Assembly: GCA_016218365.1 (NCBI GenBank)
Contig: JACREF010000013.1
Span: forward strand, 15,244-79,243
DNA from: Gammaproteobacteria bacterium
GTDB lineage: Bacteria; Pseudomonadota; Gammaproteobacteria; SZUA-140
Length of the DNA: 64,000 nucleotides
Direction of reading: 5' to 3'
Under the pieces are notes generated by a model. It saw only the letters and a program-made list of their open reading frames with translations. It was not told the origin of the DNA and ran no database searches. How positions within the stretch are numbered: position 1 is the stretch's first letter; every line of letters begins with the position of its first letter. Shown one piece after another: positions 1 through 9,510 of the stretch. The position numbers were made by a program, and so were the translations under genes.

Positions 1-629
1 GCCCACGGGCGCTCTGCCTTGGACAATGACGTTGCCAGATTATGGGCCAGCGTGATATTGCGGGCGTTCATTGCCAGCTGGAAACGTTGCCACAGGCGAT
101 CCTGGGACATCAGCCCGGATTCTTTCCAGGCGGCCAATACAGCGTCACAGGCCTGGGGCAGGGTCTCGCCGGTCAGCCACAGTGTCTCAATAGTGGCCAG
201 CGCCTGATCCTTATGCCCGGTCTCAAGCAATGCACGACGGTGATAACATTGCAAGGTGATGCCCTTGCTCGGCCGGTATGCCTGCAGATACTCCGCCCAT
301 TGCCCACGCGCCGCCAGAGAGCGTAACCAGGTGTCGCGCAGTTCGGCCTCCAGCGGGGTGTTGCTGACCTCATCGGCGATCTTTGCCATCGCCTCGAAAC
401 TGGTCTGGCCGAAATTCTTGCGTAGCGCGGCATATTGCAGATAGGGGTATAACGGGTAGTCTTTCAGTTCGCTGCTAAGCTGCTGGAAGAGTTTATTATT
501 GCCTTTTTTAAGGGCCTGTTCTGCTTGTATGAATTTATTGCGCTGGGGTGCCAGTTCATCCTGGGCGGCGTCGGCCGGCATCCCGGGCCCGGGCAGCATC
601 AGTGCAAGCAGGAGGATCAGGAGTTTCAT
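1..629 (-). CDS. slt: Soluble lytic murein transglycosylase Slt70-like, N-terminal part (runs off window start)
   Basis: Manual translation from ATG at 629: MKLLILLLALMLPGPGMPADAAQDELAPQRNKFIQAEQALKKGNNKLFQQLSSELKDYPLYPYLQY. Signal peptide plus the DYPLYPYL motif typical of Slt70. Absent from the ORF track because it has no stop in the window. Confidence 0.8.
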   Translation of the reverse strand, partial: MKLLILLLALMLPGPGMPADAAQDELAPQRNKFIQAEQALKKGNNKLFQQLSSELKDYPLYPYLQYAALRKNFGQTSFEAMAKIADEVSNTPLEAELRDTWLRSLAARGQWAEYLQAYRPSKGITLQCYHRRALLETGHKDQALATIETLWLTGETLPQACDAVLAAWKESGLMSQDRLWQRFQLAMNARNITLAHNLATSLSKAERPW

Positions 630-783
630 TACGCGGCCGATGGACTATGGTGTCAGATTGGTATTTCGAATCTGAGACTTATATCGACTGAATTCGCCAA
701 AGATTTCGATCAATGGGCCTGAATCTTTCAGTATTTGCAGGTCCGGTGGGTGTGGCGGCACGCTTGGCGTGCCGCCAGCGATC

Positions 784-1161
784 TTACTGCGCAGCGTCTT
801 TCAGTGCCTTAAGGGCGTAGAGTTTGACAACGTTGCGGGCAGGCTTTGCCTTGAACATCATTTCTTCGCCGGTGAAAGGGTTGGTACCCTTGCGTGCCTT
901 GGTGGCAGGCTTGCGGATGACCTTGATCTTGAACAGACCAGGCATCGTAAAGGTCTGCGGGCCGCTCTTCTTGATATGACCTTCGATGATGGCCTTCAGA
1001 TCGTCCAGGACGCCAGCGACCTGCTTCTTTGACAGTTCGTTGGATTCTGCGATATGGCTCAACAGGGCGGTGCGGTTATAGGTGTCGCGAATAACCTTGG
1101 CTACGGCGGTTTTCTTTGGAGCAGCTTTTTTCTTGGCGGTGGCTTTTTTCTTTACGGCCAT
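784..1161 (-). CDS. HU/IHF-family DNA-binding protein with Lys/Ala-rich N-terminal tail
   Basis: MAVKKKATAKKKAAPKK tail, then an HU fold with PGLFKIKV...ARKGTNPFTGE...KAKPA..VKL.ALKALKD. GGGG-containing RBS-like sequence before ATG 1161. Confidence 0.85.
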   Translation of the reverse strand: MAVKKKATAKKKAAPKKTAVAKVIRDTYNRTALLSHIAESNELSKKQVAGVLDDLKAIIEGHIKKSGPQTFTMPGLFKIKVIRKPATKARKGTNPFTGEEMMFKAKPARNVVKLYALKALKDAAQ

Positions 1162-1345
1162 GTTTTTCCCCTTTAGGTTTAGTTCGAATTCGAGGCTTTC
1201 GGCAGGCGCACTTGCAGGCGAAAGTCCGAGGCAGAATAGCAACCAATTTTGGACAGGGCAAGCCTGAAAGGCGCTTCAGGCTAAAAAAACCGGGTTTTTT
1301 GGTTCAATGTACAGTTGCGTCAGAGGTATATGCTATCTTTGCCTC

Positions 1346-1810
1346 ATGAATGAGGCAGGTAATAGTCCGCTGTATCTGAGGCAGGCGCTGCGTTTCTCCT
1401 GCACCGGTTGCGGCACGTGTTGCACCGGCAGTGACGAATACGGGGTATTCGTCACTGGCCAGGAGATCCATACTATCCGGCGGACGCTGGATATCGGAGA
1501 AGCCTGGCTGCGCCGTCGTTATATTCGTCGTGAAGAGGGGGGCTGGTTGCTGAGATCGGACAGTCACGGACGTTGCGTTTTTCTGCGGCCAGACAAGGGC
1601 TGCCGCATCTATGCGGCGCGACCGGTGCAGTGTCGTACCTATCCATTCTGGCCCGAGCTGATGCGCCATACCAAGGACTGGCGCCGGGAGGGGCAGCGCT
1701 GTGAAGGGATAGGCAGGGGGCCGGTGGTGGCGAAAACGGTGATCATTCGTGCGCTGCGGCAACAGCAGCAGGTTAACCTGTGTTATGAGCGGGAGCGGAC
1801 AGAAGTTTAA
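1346..1810 (+). CDS. YkgJ-family CxxCxxCC cysteine-cluster protein
   Basis: FSCTGCGTCC ... CVFL ... CRIYAARPVQCRTYPFW ... CEGIG motifs. Confidence 0.85.
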   Translation: MNEAGNSPLYLRQALRFSCTGCGTCCTGSDEYGVFVTGQEIHTIRRTLDIGEAWLRRRYIRREEGGWLLRSDSHGRCVFLRPDKGCRIYAARPVQCRTYPFWPELMRHTKDWRREGQRCEGIGRGPVVAKTVIIRALRQQQQVNLCYERERTEV

Positions 1811-1811
1811 G

Positions 1812-2027
1812 ATGTTGAGATTCACACTGAATATTCCGGCGGCGGAATATCTGCGTTTCTATCAGGGTGAGGCCAGGTCCGTGATCGTGCAAAGCTGGGA
1901 GGGCCACACACTGCAATTTCCTGCCGCCTTGCTGACCCGCTTTGTCACTCGCGACGGGATCAGTGGTGATTTCACCATTGCCTTTGATCAGAACAACAAG
2001 TTGCTCAGCCTGGACCGGCTGCAGTGA
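1812..2027 (+). CDS. DUF2835-family small protein
   Basis: 71 aa with YLRFYQGEARSVIVQ...LQFPA..L..FVT..GI.G.F, the DUF2835 pattern as I recall it. Confidence 0.7.
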   Translation: MLRFTLNIPAAEYLRFYQGEARSVIVQSWEGHTLQFPAALLTRFVTRDGISGDFTIAFDQNNKLLSLDRLQ

Positions 2028-2043
2028 CGCATGGAACCAGGCC

Positions 2044-2817
2044 TTGGACGAGCTACTGAGATTGATGAGACAGCTGCGTGACCCCTCGGGCGGTTGTCCG
2101 TGGGACCGCGAGCAGGACTGGGCCTCGCTGGTTCCACATACGCTGGAAGAGGCCTATGAGGTTGCCGAGGCCGTGGCAGAAAATAACCCAGGGGTGTTGT
2201 GTGAGGAACTGGGCGACTTGCTGTTCCAGGTGATCTTCTATGCACGGATCGCCGAGGAACAGGGCCTGTTCGATTTTGACGATGTGGCAGCCGCCCTGGC
2301 AACCAAGCTGATCAACCGCCACCCCCATGTCTTCGCCGGTCAGGCCATTGACAGGCATGAGCTGGACCATTCATGGGAGGCGCACAAGACGCAGGAGCGT
2401 CAGCAAAAAGGCCAGCATGGGTCGCTGGATGGTGTTGCGAAGGCCTTGCCGGCGCTGGTTCGTGCCGTGAAACTGCAGCGACGTGCAGCGCGGGCGGGGT
2501 TTGACTGGATCGATGTCGAACAGATCCTGGCCAAGGTCGAGGAAGAACTGGCCGAGGTCAGGGAGGTGTTGGCGCGACGGCAGTCTGATGAGGCGCTGCG
2601 TCATGAGCTCGGTGATCTGCTGCTGGCCGCCAGCAATGTCGCCCGTTTCCTCGGCATGGATGCCGAGGGCTGTTTGCGTGAGGCCAATGACCGCTTTGAG
2701 CACCGCTTTCGTATGATGGAGCAGTTTTGTATACAGCAGGGTGAGAGGTTGTCGGAGTTGACTGCAGAGCGTCAGCAGGGGCTCTGGCAGCGCGCCAAGG
2801 CCCTGGAAAACAAGTAG
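2044..2817 (+). CDS. mazG: Nucleoside triphosphate pyrophosphohydrolase MazG (start uncertain, TTG 2044 assumed)
   Basis: LRDPSGGCPWDREQ, EEAYEV, EELGDLLFQV, RHPHVF and a second KVEEELAE/ELGDLL repeat. Confidence 0.93.
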   Translation: MDELLRLMRQLRDPSGGCPWDREQDWASLVPHTLEEAYEVAEAVAENNPGVLCEELGDLLFQVIFYARIAEEQGLFDFDDVAAALATKLINRHPHVFAGQAIDRHELDHSWEAHKTQERQQKGQHGSLDGVAKALPALVRAVKLQRRAARAGFDWIDVEQILAKVEEELAEVREVLARRQSDEALRHELGDLLLAASNVARFLGMDAEGCLREANDRFEHRFRMMEQFCIQQGERLSELTAERQQGLWQRAKALENK

Positions 2818-2845
2818 TTGGCTGCGCATGAGGGTGGAGTGGTCG

Positions 2846-2854
2846 TGGTATAAT
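2846..2854 (+). promoter_or_regulatory. Candidate extended -10 promoter for the S8 protease
   Basis: TGGTATAAT matches TGnTATAAT, about 30 nt before the ORF start. Confidence 0.4.
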
Positions 2855-2882
2855 GGTCGCGTTTCCATCGGGATGACTTGCC

Positions 2883-4298
2883 GTGCCAGTTTTGTCAGTA
2901 CGCAGCCCCCCGGGTTTTCTGCAGGCGATGGCCATGGCCATCGCCTTTGTCGCTGCCTGCAGCGCCCCGCTGTATGCCGCGCCGGAATATGTGCCCGGCG
3001 AGGTCCTGGTCCGTTTTAAGCAGCCCACTTCATTGACCGCCGCGCGACGCGTGATACCCGAAGCGGCCGCCATGGCCGACCTGGGTCGCGACCTGAAAAA
3101 GGTCACGCTGCAGCCCGGGTTGAACGTAGAGCAGGCGATGCAGTCCTTGCAGGGACGGCCGGATATAGGCTGGGTACAGCCAAATTATATCAAACATGTC
3201 CAGATGGTCCCGAATGATCCTCGGTATGGAGATCAGTGGGCATTGTCCAAGATCAATGCCGAGAGGGCCTGGGATACGACGACCGGCAGTATCGCAGCGG
3301 GCAGCGGCGTGATTGTCGCGGTCATCGATACCGGTGTTGATTATGACCTGCCGGAGTTGAGTGGAAACCTGTGGACAAGCACTAATGGCTGGCATGGATG
3401 GAATTTTGTAGATGGCAGCAGTGATCTGAAGGAGTATTGTATCAGCTGTGCCCATGGCACACTGGTTGCCAGCGTCATCGGGGCAGCAGGCAATAACTCG
3501 CAGGGTATGGCAGGTGTGTCATGGAACCCGCAGCTGATGATCCTGAGGGCCATGGATGACAACGGCGTCGGGACGACCGAGCGCGTAGTGAATGCCATCT
3601 ATTATGCGATCCTTCATAAGGCGCGGATCATCAATACCAGCCTGGGTTCGAGTAGCCATGATCCGGCAGAGTATCTGGCGCTCTCCGATGCCAGGGACGC
3701 CGGGGTGTTGGTGGTGGCAGCAGCCTGCAACTTCGGCGCGGACAGTGACATCACGCCCTGTTTCCCGGCGAGTTATGACCTGGAGAACATCATCTCTGTT
3801 GCGGCGACAGATGGTGTTGATCAGTTGATACATGACAGTACCGGCAAGTTGCAATCCAATTTTGGGGTAACGACCGTGGACCTGGCGGCCCCTGGGCAAC
3901 ATATCCTTGCAGCCCTGCCCGCCGGCATGGGGGCGGCCTATACCTCACCATCATTTGTTGCCCAGTATGGTTTTGGGACCGGCACCTCGATGGCAGCTCC
4001 GCTGGTCTCCGGTGCCGCGGCCTTGCTGTGGGCGCACCAGCCGTCCTTGACGTGGGTGGAGGTGAAGGAGAAGCTGCTGATGAGTGCGCGCCCGGTGCCT
4101 GAGTTGAAGGGCAAGATGTTGACGGGCGGCGTGCTGGATGTGGCGGCGGCACTGGATTATCAGGCCAGGATGGTGCAGGGCGGTGGTCAGCAGCCTGAAT
4201 CCAGTCGTGGTGGCGGTGGTTATCTGCTGATCGTTGAGCTGCTGTGGCTGGCCGGGGCGGTCCTTGGTCTGCGGCGATCGCGGCCGCGCAAAATATAA
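2883..4298 (+). CDS. Secreted subtilisin-like (S8) serine protease with prodomain and GlyGly-CTERM-like anchor
   Basis: Signal peptide, YVPGEVLVRFK prodomain, triad motifs VIDTG / HGT / GTSMA, and C-terminal GGGG + hydrophobic helix + RRSRPRK. Confidence 0.9.
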   Translation: MPVLSVRSPPGFLQAMAMAIAFVAACSAPLYAAPEYVPGEVLVRFKQPTSLTAARRVIPEAAAMADLGRDLKKVTLQPGLNVEQAMQSLQGRPDIGWVQPNYIKHVQMVPNDPRYGDQWALSKINAERAWDTTTGSIAAGSGVIVAVIDTGVDYDLPELSGNLWTSTNGWHGWNFVDGSSDLKEYCISCAHGTLVASVIGAAGNNSQGMAGVSWNPQLMILRAMDDNGVGTTERVVNAIYYAILHKARIINTSLGSSSHDPAEYLALSDARDAGVLVVAAACNFGADSDITPCFPASYDLENIISVAATDGVDQLIHDSTGKLQSNFGVTTVDLAAPGQHILAALPAGMGAAYTSPSFVAQYGFGTGTSMAAPLVSGAAALLWAHQPSLTWVEVKEKLLMSARPVPELKGKMLTGGVLDVAAALDYQARMVQGGGQQPESSRGGGGYLLIVELLWLAGAVLGLRRSRPRKI

Positions 4299-4429
4299 GC
4301 ATCTCGCGCAGTATTTTCTTGTGGATTTAAAGTTTTAGCTGCCATTGAACGATTATCTCGTGGAGATGATCGGTAGCGGCGAGGCTCGGTACAGCCCCGC
4401 CCCCTTCAGTCAATGGCAGGGGCATCAGC

Positions 4430-5128
4430 ATGGACATCATTCGTCCGGCATTATTTTTCACTGTTGTGATGATGTTGAGTCCGCCGCTTGTTGCGGCGGG
4501 CACTGCTGTGTCTATGAATGATCCGGGTGCGCCTGCTGCGGCAGTGACTGGGTCCTCCGCCAGTCCGGTGGACGCCGATGTGCCGCACGATAAAGAGGGT
4601 GTCCGACAACCAGTGGATGGGGGCGCACGCGCCGGGGACGACAGGCTGCAGCAGCTTGAGGCCGAGCAGCAGCAGATATTGCGGTTGCTGAAACAATTGC
4701 AGGCGAAGGTGGATCAGGACGGCGGCGCCGGATTGCCGGTCAGTGCGATCCGTGTGTCTGTAGTCAATGCATCCGGGATAGACAGGCTCGGCAACCTGGT
4801 GGCCAACATCCTGCGCAAGCAAGGGTATAAGGTTGTCAGTGTGGTCGATAATCGTCAGCTGGCCAAAGAGGCCAGTCAGGTTTTCTATAAGGGTGGGGCC
4901 AGTCAGAGTTCGGAGATTGTCCACATCATGGAGCGGGGCGCTGAGGTCGCGAAATCTACCTTGATTTATTGTCGAGAGGGGTTTGATCAAGTATGCGCCA
5001 CTCTGGAGCACGCATTGCCCAAGGATCAGAAGGTGGAGCCCCGTCCTGCACTGGATGCGAGGGTTGATGCCCAGGTATTGGTCGGACGGGATATGAAGTT
5101 TTTACTGTTGCAAGGCCTGAAGCGCTGA
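4430..5128 (+). CDS. Exported protein with coiled coil and LytR C-terminal (LytR_C) domain
   Basis: Signal peptide; IRVSVVNASGIDRLG...L..QGY.V ... AQVLVGRD are LytR_C-like motifs. Confidence 0.7.
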   Translation: MDIIRPALFFTVVMMLSPPLVAAGTAVSMNDPGAPAAAVTGSSASPVDADVPHDKEGVRQPVDGGARAGDDRLQQLEAEQQQILRLLKQLQAKVDQDGGAGLPVSAIRVSVVNASGIDRLGNLVANILRKQGYKVVSVVDNRQLAKEASQVFYKGGASQSSEIVHIMERGAEVAKSTLIYCREGFDQVCATLEHALPKDQKVEPRPALDARVDAQVLVGRDMKFLLLQGLKR

Positions 5129-5155
5129 CTGCGGGCAATGCCTCGGTCATAATAA

Positions 5156-5202
5156 CGCCCCATATTGGGGCGTTATATTTTGTGATGCTTCAAATTAGGG
5201 CG
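5156..5202 (+). promoter_or_regulatory. Tandem NtrC-like enhancer boxes upstream of amt
   Basis: CGCCCCATATTGGGGCG (5156-5172) and TGCTTCAAATTAGGGCG (5186-5202) resemble TGCACCA-N3-TGGTGCA, 30 bp centre to centre. Box 1 could also act as a terminator hairpin. Confidence 0.55.
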
Positions 5203-5252
5203 CTTTATTGCTGCAGCTATCGCTAAGCTCCTGAAAAGATAGAAATGGCTAT

Positions 5253-5267
5253 TGGCTCAATTCTTGC
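5253..5267 (+). promoter_or_regulatory. Sigma-54 (-24/-12) promoter of amt
   Basis: TGGCTCAATTCTTGC versus consensus TGGCACG-N4-TTGC, with correct GG-N10-GC spacing, 40 nt before the ATG. Confidence 0.65.
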
Positions 5268-5306
5268 CATAATTCTGGGCGCCGAATCAATCATTGGAGC
5301 TTGCTG

Positions 5307-6506
5307 ATGGAAACGTTGCGTGTCGGGACTGATGTGTTATTTGTATTGCTGGGTGCCGTCATGGTCCTGGCGATGCATATGGGTTTTGCCTTTCTCGAGG
5401 TGGGGACGGTGCGCCGCAAGAACCAGGTGAATGCACTGGTCAAGATCATCAGCGATTTTTCAGTCTCAACGATTGCCTACTTCTTCATCGGTTATGGCAT
5501 TGCCTATGGCAGTGGCTTTTTGCAGGGCGCAGAGGCGCTGAGTCAGAAGAATGGTTACGAGCTGGTCAAATTTTTCTTTCTGTTGACCTTCGCTGCAGCG
5601 ATTCCGGCCATCGTATCCGGCGGGATTGCCGAGCGTGCCCGATTTTACCCCCAGCTGGCGGCAAGCTTTCTGCTGGTCGGTCTGGTATATCCGTTTTATG
5701 AAGGGATCGTCTGGCATGGCAATTTCGGTCTACAGGATTGGCTGAAGACCAGCTTCGGTGCAGGCTTTCATGATTTTGCCGGTTCGGTGGTGGTGCATGC
5801 GATGGGTGGATGGCTGGCGCTGGGTGCGGTCGTTATGCTGGGCGCACGTCATGGTCGTTACAACAAGGAAGGTAAGGTGATTGCCGCGCATCCACCGTCC
5901 AGCATCCCGTTTCTCGCCCTCGGGGCGTGGGTCCTGGTCGTTGGCTGGTTTGGGTTCAATGTCATGTCGGCGCAGACGGTTGAGGCCGTCAGCGGGTTGG
6001 TTGCTGTCAATTCGCTGATGGCGATGGTCGGGGGTGTGTTGGCCGCGCTGGTGGTCGGACGCAATGACCCCGGGTTTATCCATAACGGAGCGCTGGCCGG
6101 GCTGGTGGCGGTATGTGCGGGTTCTGATGTCATGCATCCGCTCGGGGCGTTGATGACAGGTATTATTGCCGGGGCCCTGTTCGTCTGGATGTTCATGCTG
6201 ACCCAGAATAGATGGAAGATTGATGATGTGCTGGGTGTCTGGCCCTTGCATGGTCTGTGCGGTGCCTGGGGGGGGATTGCAGCAGGGATCTTTGGACTGC
6301 AGGCGCTGGGCGGGCTCGGCGGCGTCAGTCTGGTATCGCAATTGCTTGGAACCCTGCTGGGTGTGGTGACGGGCTTGCTGGGTGGATTTGCCGTCTATGG
6401 CGTGCTGAAGGCGGCGGTGGGCATCCGCTTGAGCCAGGAACAGGAATATATGGGCGCAGACCTGAGCATCCACAAGATCAGCGCTGATTCGAATTACGGC
6501 GATTGA
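5307..6506 (+). CDS. amt: Ammonium transporter (Amt family)
   Basis: GFAFLEVG.VR.KN, SGGIAER, DFAGSVVVH, WFGFN, NGALAGLVA, DD...WPLHG and E..G.D.S.H tail; twin His present. Confidence 0.95.
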   Translation: METLRVGTDVLFVLLGAVMVLAMHMGFAFLEVGTVRRKNQVNALVKIISDFSVSTIAYFFIGYGIAYGSGFLQGAEALSQKNGYELVKFFFLLTFAAAIPAIVSGGIAERARFYPQLAASFLLVGLVYPFYEGIVWHGNFGLQDWLKTSFGAGFHDFAGSVVVHAMGGWLALGAVVMLGARHGRYNKEGKVIAAHPPSSIPFLALGAWVLVVGWFGFNVMSAQTVEAVSGLVAVNSLMAMVGGVLAALVVGRNDPGFIHNGALAGLVAVCAGSDVMHPLGALMTGIIAGALFVWMFMLTQNRWKIDDVLGVWPLHGLCGAWGGIAAGIFGLQALGGLGGVSLVSQLLGTLLGVVTGLLGGFAVYGVLKAAVGIRLSQEQEYMGADLSIHKISADSNYGD

Positions 6507-6628
6507 TGGGGGTGGACTAAAAGGTTCCGGCGGATGCGGGATCTGTGATCAGGGCCGCGGAACGCTGGCGCCAGGCGCGATAGGGTGTCAATACGGCCTT
6601 GAGGCCGACATCTTATCGGGAGACGCCA

Positions 6629-7018
6629 ATGAAGAAAAACTTAATAATCAGTTTGTTGACGGGGTTAGGGCTGGTATTGGCTGCAGCGGCGGCCACGGCG
6701 GCCACCCCGCGTGATGGCTATGATGTCATGCGTGACGGCAACTACCAGGATGCCATGCAGTTTTTGATGAAAGAGGTTGCCCGTGGTGATGCGGCAGCAC
6801 TCTTTAATCTGGCCTTGGTGTACCATGGCGGGCTCGGTGGTCTCCCGGCGGATGAGGCGGTGGCAGTGACCTTGTACCGGCAATCGGCCGAGCAGGGTTA
6901 TCCATGGGCCCAGGAGTTCCTGTCAGTTGGATACCAGGAAGGGTGGTTTGGATTGAAGCAGGATCGCAAGCAGGCCGAGTACTGGCGGCAGCAGTTGACC
7001 GCAGATAATTTCTATTAA
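6629..7018 (+). CDS. Exported Sel1-repeat protein
   Basis: Signal peptide; GDAAALFNLALVY..G, SAEQGYPWAQEFL...Y.EG Sel1 repeats. Confidence 0.8.
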   Translation: MKKNLIISLLTGLGLVLAAAAATAATPRDGYDVMRDGNYQDAMQFLMKEVARGDAAALFNLALVYHGGLGGLPADEAVAVTLYRQSAEQGYPWAQEFLSVGYQEGWFGLKQDRKQAEYWRQQLTADNFY

Positions 7019-7042
7019 ACCTGACCTGCTACGATCCTTGCC

Positions 7043-7075
7043 AGGGCCCGGCTGATCACCGGGCCCTAATTTTTT
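7043..7075 (+). terminator. Rho-independent terminator
   Basis: AGGGCCCGG/CCGGGCCCT stem followed by AATTTTTT. Confidence 0.7.
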
Positions 7076-7130
7076 ATTCAGTTTCAAGGCGTGAGCGCGT
7101 AAAATGACAAGCTATTTTTGCTGAGGCGGT

Positions 7131-8477
7131 ATGTCGGGGAAGCTGTTTATCAAGACGTTTGGCTGCCAGATGAACGAATACGATTCTGGAAGGATGGCCG
7201 ATGCCTTGAGAGACGCACATGGCCTGGAGCTGGTCGGGACCCCGGAAGAGGCAGACGTCTTGTTGTTGAACACCTGTTCGGTGCGCGAAAAGGCCCAGGA
7301 AAAGGTGTTTTCTCAGCTGGGGCGCTGGCGGCATTTGAAGAGAAAGCGACCGGGGTTGATCATTGGTGTTGGCGGTTGTGTTGCCAGTCAGGAGGGTGCG
7401 GCAATCCAGACGCGTGCCCCGTATGTTGACCTGGTGTTTGGGCCGCAGACCTTGCACCGTCTGCCCGAGATGCTCAGCAGCGCCCGCCGTCAGCAGCCGG
7501 TGGTGGACATCACCTTCCCTGAAATCGAAAAGTTCGACGCTCTGCCGCCACCGCGAGTCGACGGGGCAAGTGCCTCGGTATCGATCATCGAGGGTTGCAG
7601 CAAGTATTGTACATTCTGTGTCGTGCCTTATACCCGCGGCGAGGAGGTCAGTCGCCCGTTTGATGATGTGATCGCCGAGGTCATGCATCTGGCCCGGCAG
7701 GGGGTGCGGGAGTTGACCCTGCTGGGGCAGAACGTAAACGCCTACCGAGGCATTATGGATGATGGCGGCGAGGCGGATCTGGCCCTGCTGCTGCGCTGGA
7801 TTGCCGAGGTGGAGGGCATTGAGCGTATACGTTATAGCACTTCACATCCTGTCGAGTTCTCTGACAATCTGATCCGTGCGCATCAGGAGGTCCGCAAGCT
7901 GGCAGATCATGTTCATCTGCCGGTACAGAGTGGTTCGGATCGTATCCTGGCCCTGATGAAACGGGGCCATACCACGCTGGAGTACAAGTCCAGGATACGG
8001 AAGCTGCGGGAGGCCAACCCGCGCATCTGCATCTCATCGGATTTTATTGTAGGTTTTCCCGGTGAGACGGCAGCAGACTTTGAGGCGACCATGTCGCTGA
8101 TTGATGCGGTACGGTTCGACCATTCCTACAGTTTCATTTACAGCCCGAGGCCGGGCACGCCGGCCGAGAGTCTGCCCGATGATGTGCCAATGGAAGAGAA
8201 ACAGCGCCGGCTGGCGCGCCTGCAGCACAGGATCAATGAGCTGTCCATGGAGATCAGCTCCAGTATGGTCGGCAGCGAGCAGGTGGTGTTAGTGAGTGGG
8301 CAGGCGAAAAAGGGTGGCGTGCAACTGGCAGGGCGCACCTCCAATAACCGCATCGTGAATTTTTCCGGAGATGCAGGGTTGATCGGGCGGTTTGTCAGTT
8401 TGGTGATTACCGAGGCATTGCCCAACTCGCTGCGGGGCGAGCTGGTCAGCTCCTTGGTTGATGTCTGCATTGAATAG
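7131..8477 (+). CDS. miaB: tRNA methylthiotransferase MiaB
   Basis: [20 protein letters not shown], radical [12 protein letters not shown]-terminal TRAM domain. Confidence 0.97.
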   Translation: MSGKLFIKTFGCQMNEYDSGRMADALRDAHGLELVGTPEEADVLLLNTCSVREKAQEKVFSQLGRWRHLKRKRPGLIIGVGGCVASQEGAAIQTRAPYVDLVFGPQTLHRLPEMLSSARRQQPVVDITFPEIEKFDALPPPRVDGASASVSIIEGCSKYCTFCVVPYTRGEEVSRPFDDVIAEVMHLARQGVRELTLLGQNVNAYRGIMDDGGEADLALLLRWIAEVEGIERIRYSTSHPVEFSDNLIRAHQEVRKLADHVHLPVQSGSDRILALMKRGHTTLEYKSRIRKLREANPRICISSDFIVGFPGETAADFEATMSLIDAVRFDHSYSFIYSPRPGTPAESLPDDVPMEEKQRRLARLQHRINELSMEISSSMVGSEQVVLVSGQAKKGGVQLAGRTSNNRIVNFSGDAGLIGRFVSLVITEALPNSLRGELVSSLVDVCIE

Positions 8478-8515
8478 GGCGATCATGACAAGCCACAGTA
8501 TAGTGAACAGCGAGG

Positions 8516-9496
8516 TTGACTGGTTTGGATGATAATCTGACAGCACTGGACCTTGCGCTGGAGCCAACAGACAACCAGCGCCTGGCCAGGCTGTGTGGCC
8601 AGTTTGATGAACATCTGCGCCAGCTCGAAGGGGCGCTGGGTGTTGAGATCAATCGCCGCGGGGAGCGGTTCCGGATTATTGGTGATGCCGCGGCGATCAA
8701 AAAGGCCGAACAGGTCATTATTGAACTTTATCGGACCGTGGAGCATGAAAATATTGGTCCCGGTCATATCCCGCTGGCGCTCAAGGAGCTGGAGGTGGCT
8801 GCTCCGGCGGGTGACAGCACCTCGGTCGAGGCGCTGTCCATCAATACCCGCAGCGGCAGGATCCGGGCGCGCGGACCCACGCAGAAGCGTTATCTACAAA
8901 GCATCCTGACTCACGACATCAGTTTTGGGGTAGGCCCTGCCGGTACCGGCAAGACCTATCTTGCTGTGGCCTGTGCGGTTGAGGCGCTGAACAAGAATGA
9001 GGTGCAGCGTATCCTGCTGACCCGGCCGGCGGTGGAGGCGGGAGAGCGTCTGGGATTTCTGCCCGGCGACCTGGCGCAGAAGATTGATCCCTATCTGCGC
9101 CCCTTGTATGACGCCTTGTATGAGATGCTGGGATTTGAGCGGGTTGCCAAGATGATGGAGCGCAATATCATCGAGGTTGCCCCGCTGGCCTATATGCGGG
9201 GCCGGACCCTGAACGACTCCTTCATCATCCTGGACGAGGCGCAGAATGCCACAGCCGAACAGATGAAGATGTTTCTGACCCGCATGGGTTACGGGTCGAG
9301 GATGGTGGTGACCGGGGATATTACCCAGATTGATCTGCCACGCGGCGTGACATCCGGTCTGCGCCAGATTATCGAGGTGCTCAAGAATGTCGAAGGCATC
9401 AGCTTTACCTTCTTCCAGTCGCGGGATGTGGTGCGCCACCCGCTGGTGCAGTTGATCGTCGCGGCCTATGATGATTTCGATCAGGCCCGGGAATAG
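8516..9496 (+). CDS. phoH: PhoH-family ATPase (YbeZ)
   Basis: GPAGTGKT, RPAVEAGERLGFLPG, MRGRTL, DEAQN; miaB-phoH-ybeY synteny. Confidence 0.95.
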   Translation: MTGLDDNLTALDLALEPTDNQRLARLCGQFDEHLRQLEGALGVEINRRGERFRIIGDAAAIKKAEQVIIELYRTVEHENIGPGHIPLALKELEVAAPAGDSTSVEALSINTRSGRIRARGPTQKRYLQSILTHDISFGVGPAGTGKTYLAVACAVEALNKNEVQRILLTRPAVEAGERLGFLPGDLAQKIDPYLRPLYDALYEMLGFERVAKMMERNIIEVAPLAYMRGRTLNDSFIILDEAQNATAEQMKMFLTRMGYGSRMVVTGDITQIDLPRGVTSGLRQIIEVLKNVEGISFTFFQSRDVVRHPLVQLIVAAYDDFDQARE

Positions 9497-9510
9497 GCGC
9501 CGTCCATCTT

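Noticed and set aside
3438-3460. CISCAH in the S8 protease as a heme c site
   Set aside because: It is CxxCxH rather than CxxCH, and the His is the catalytic His of HGT.
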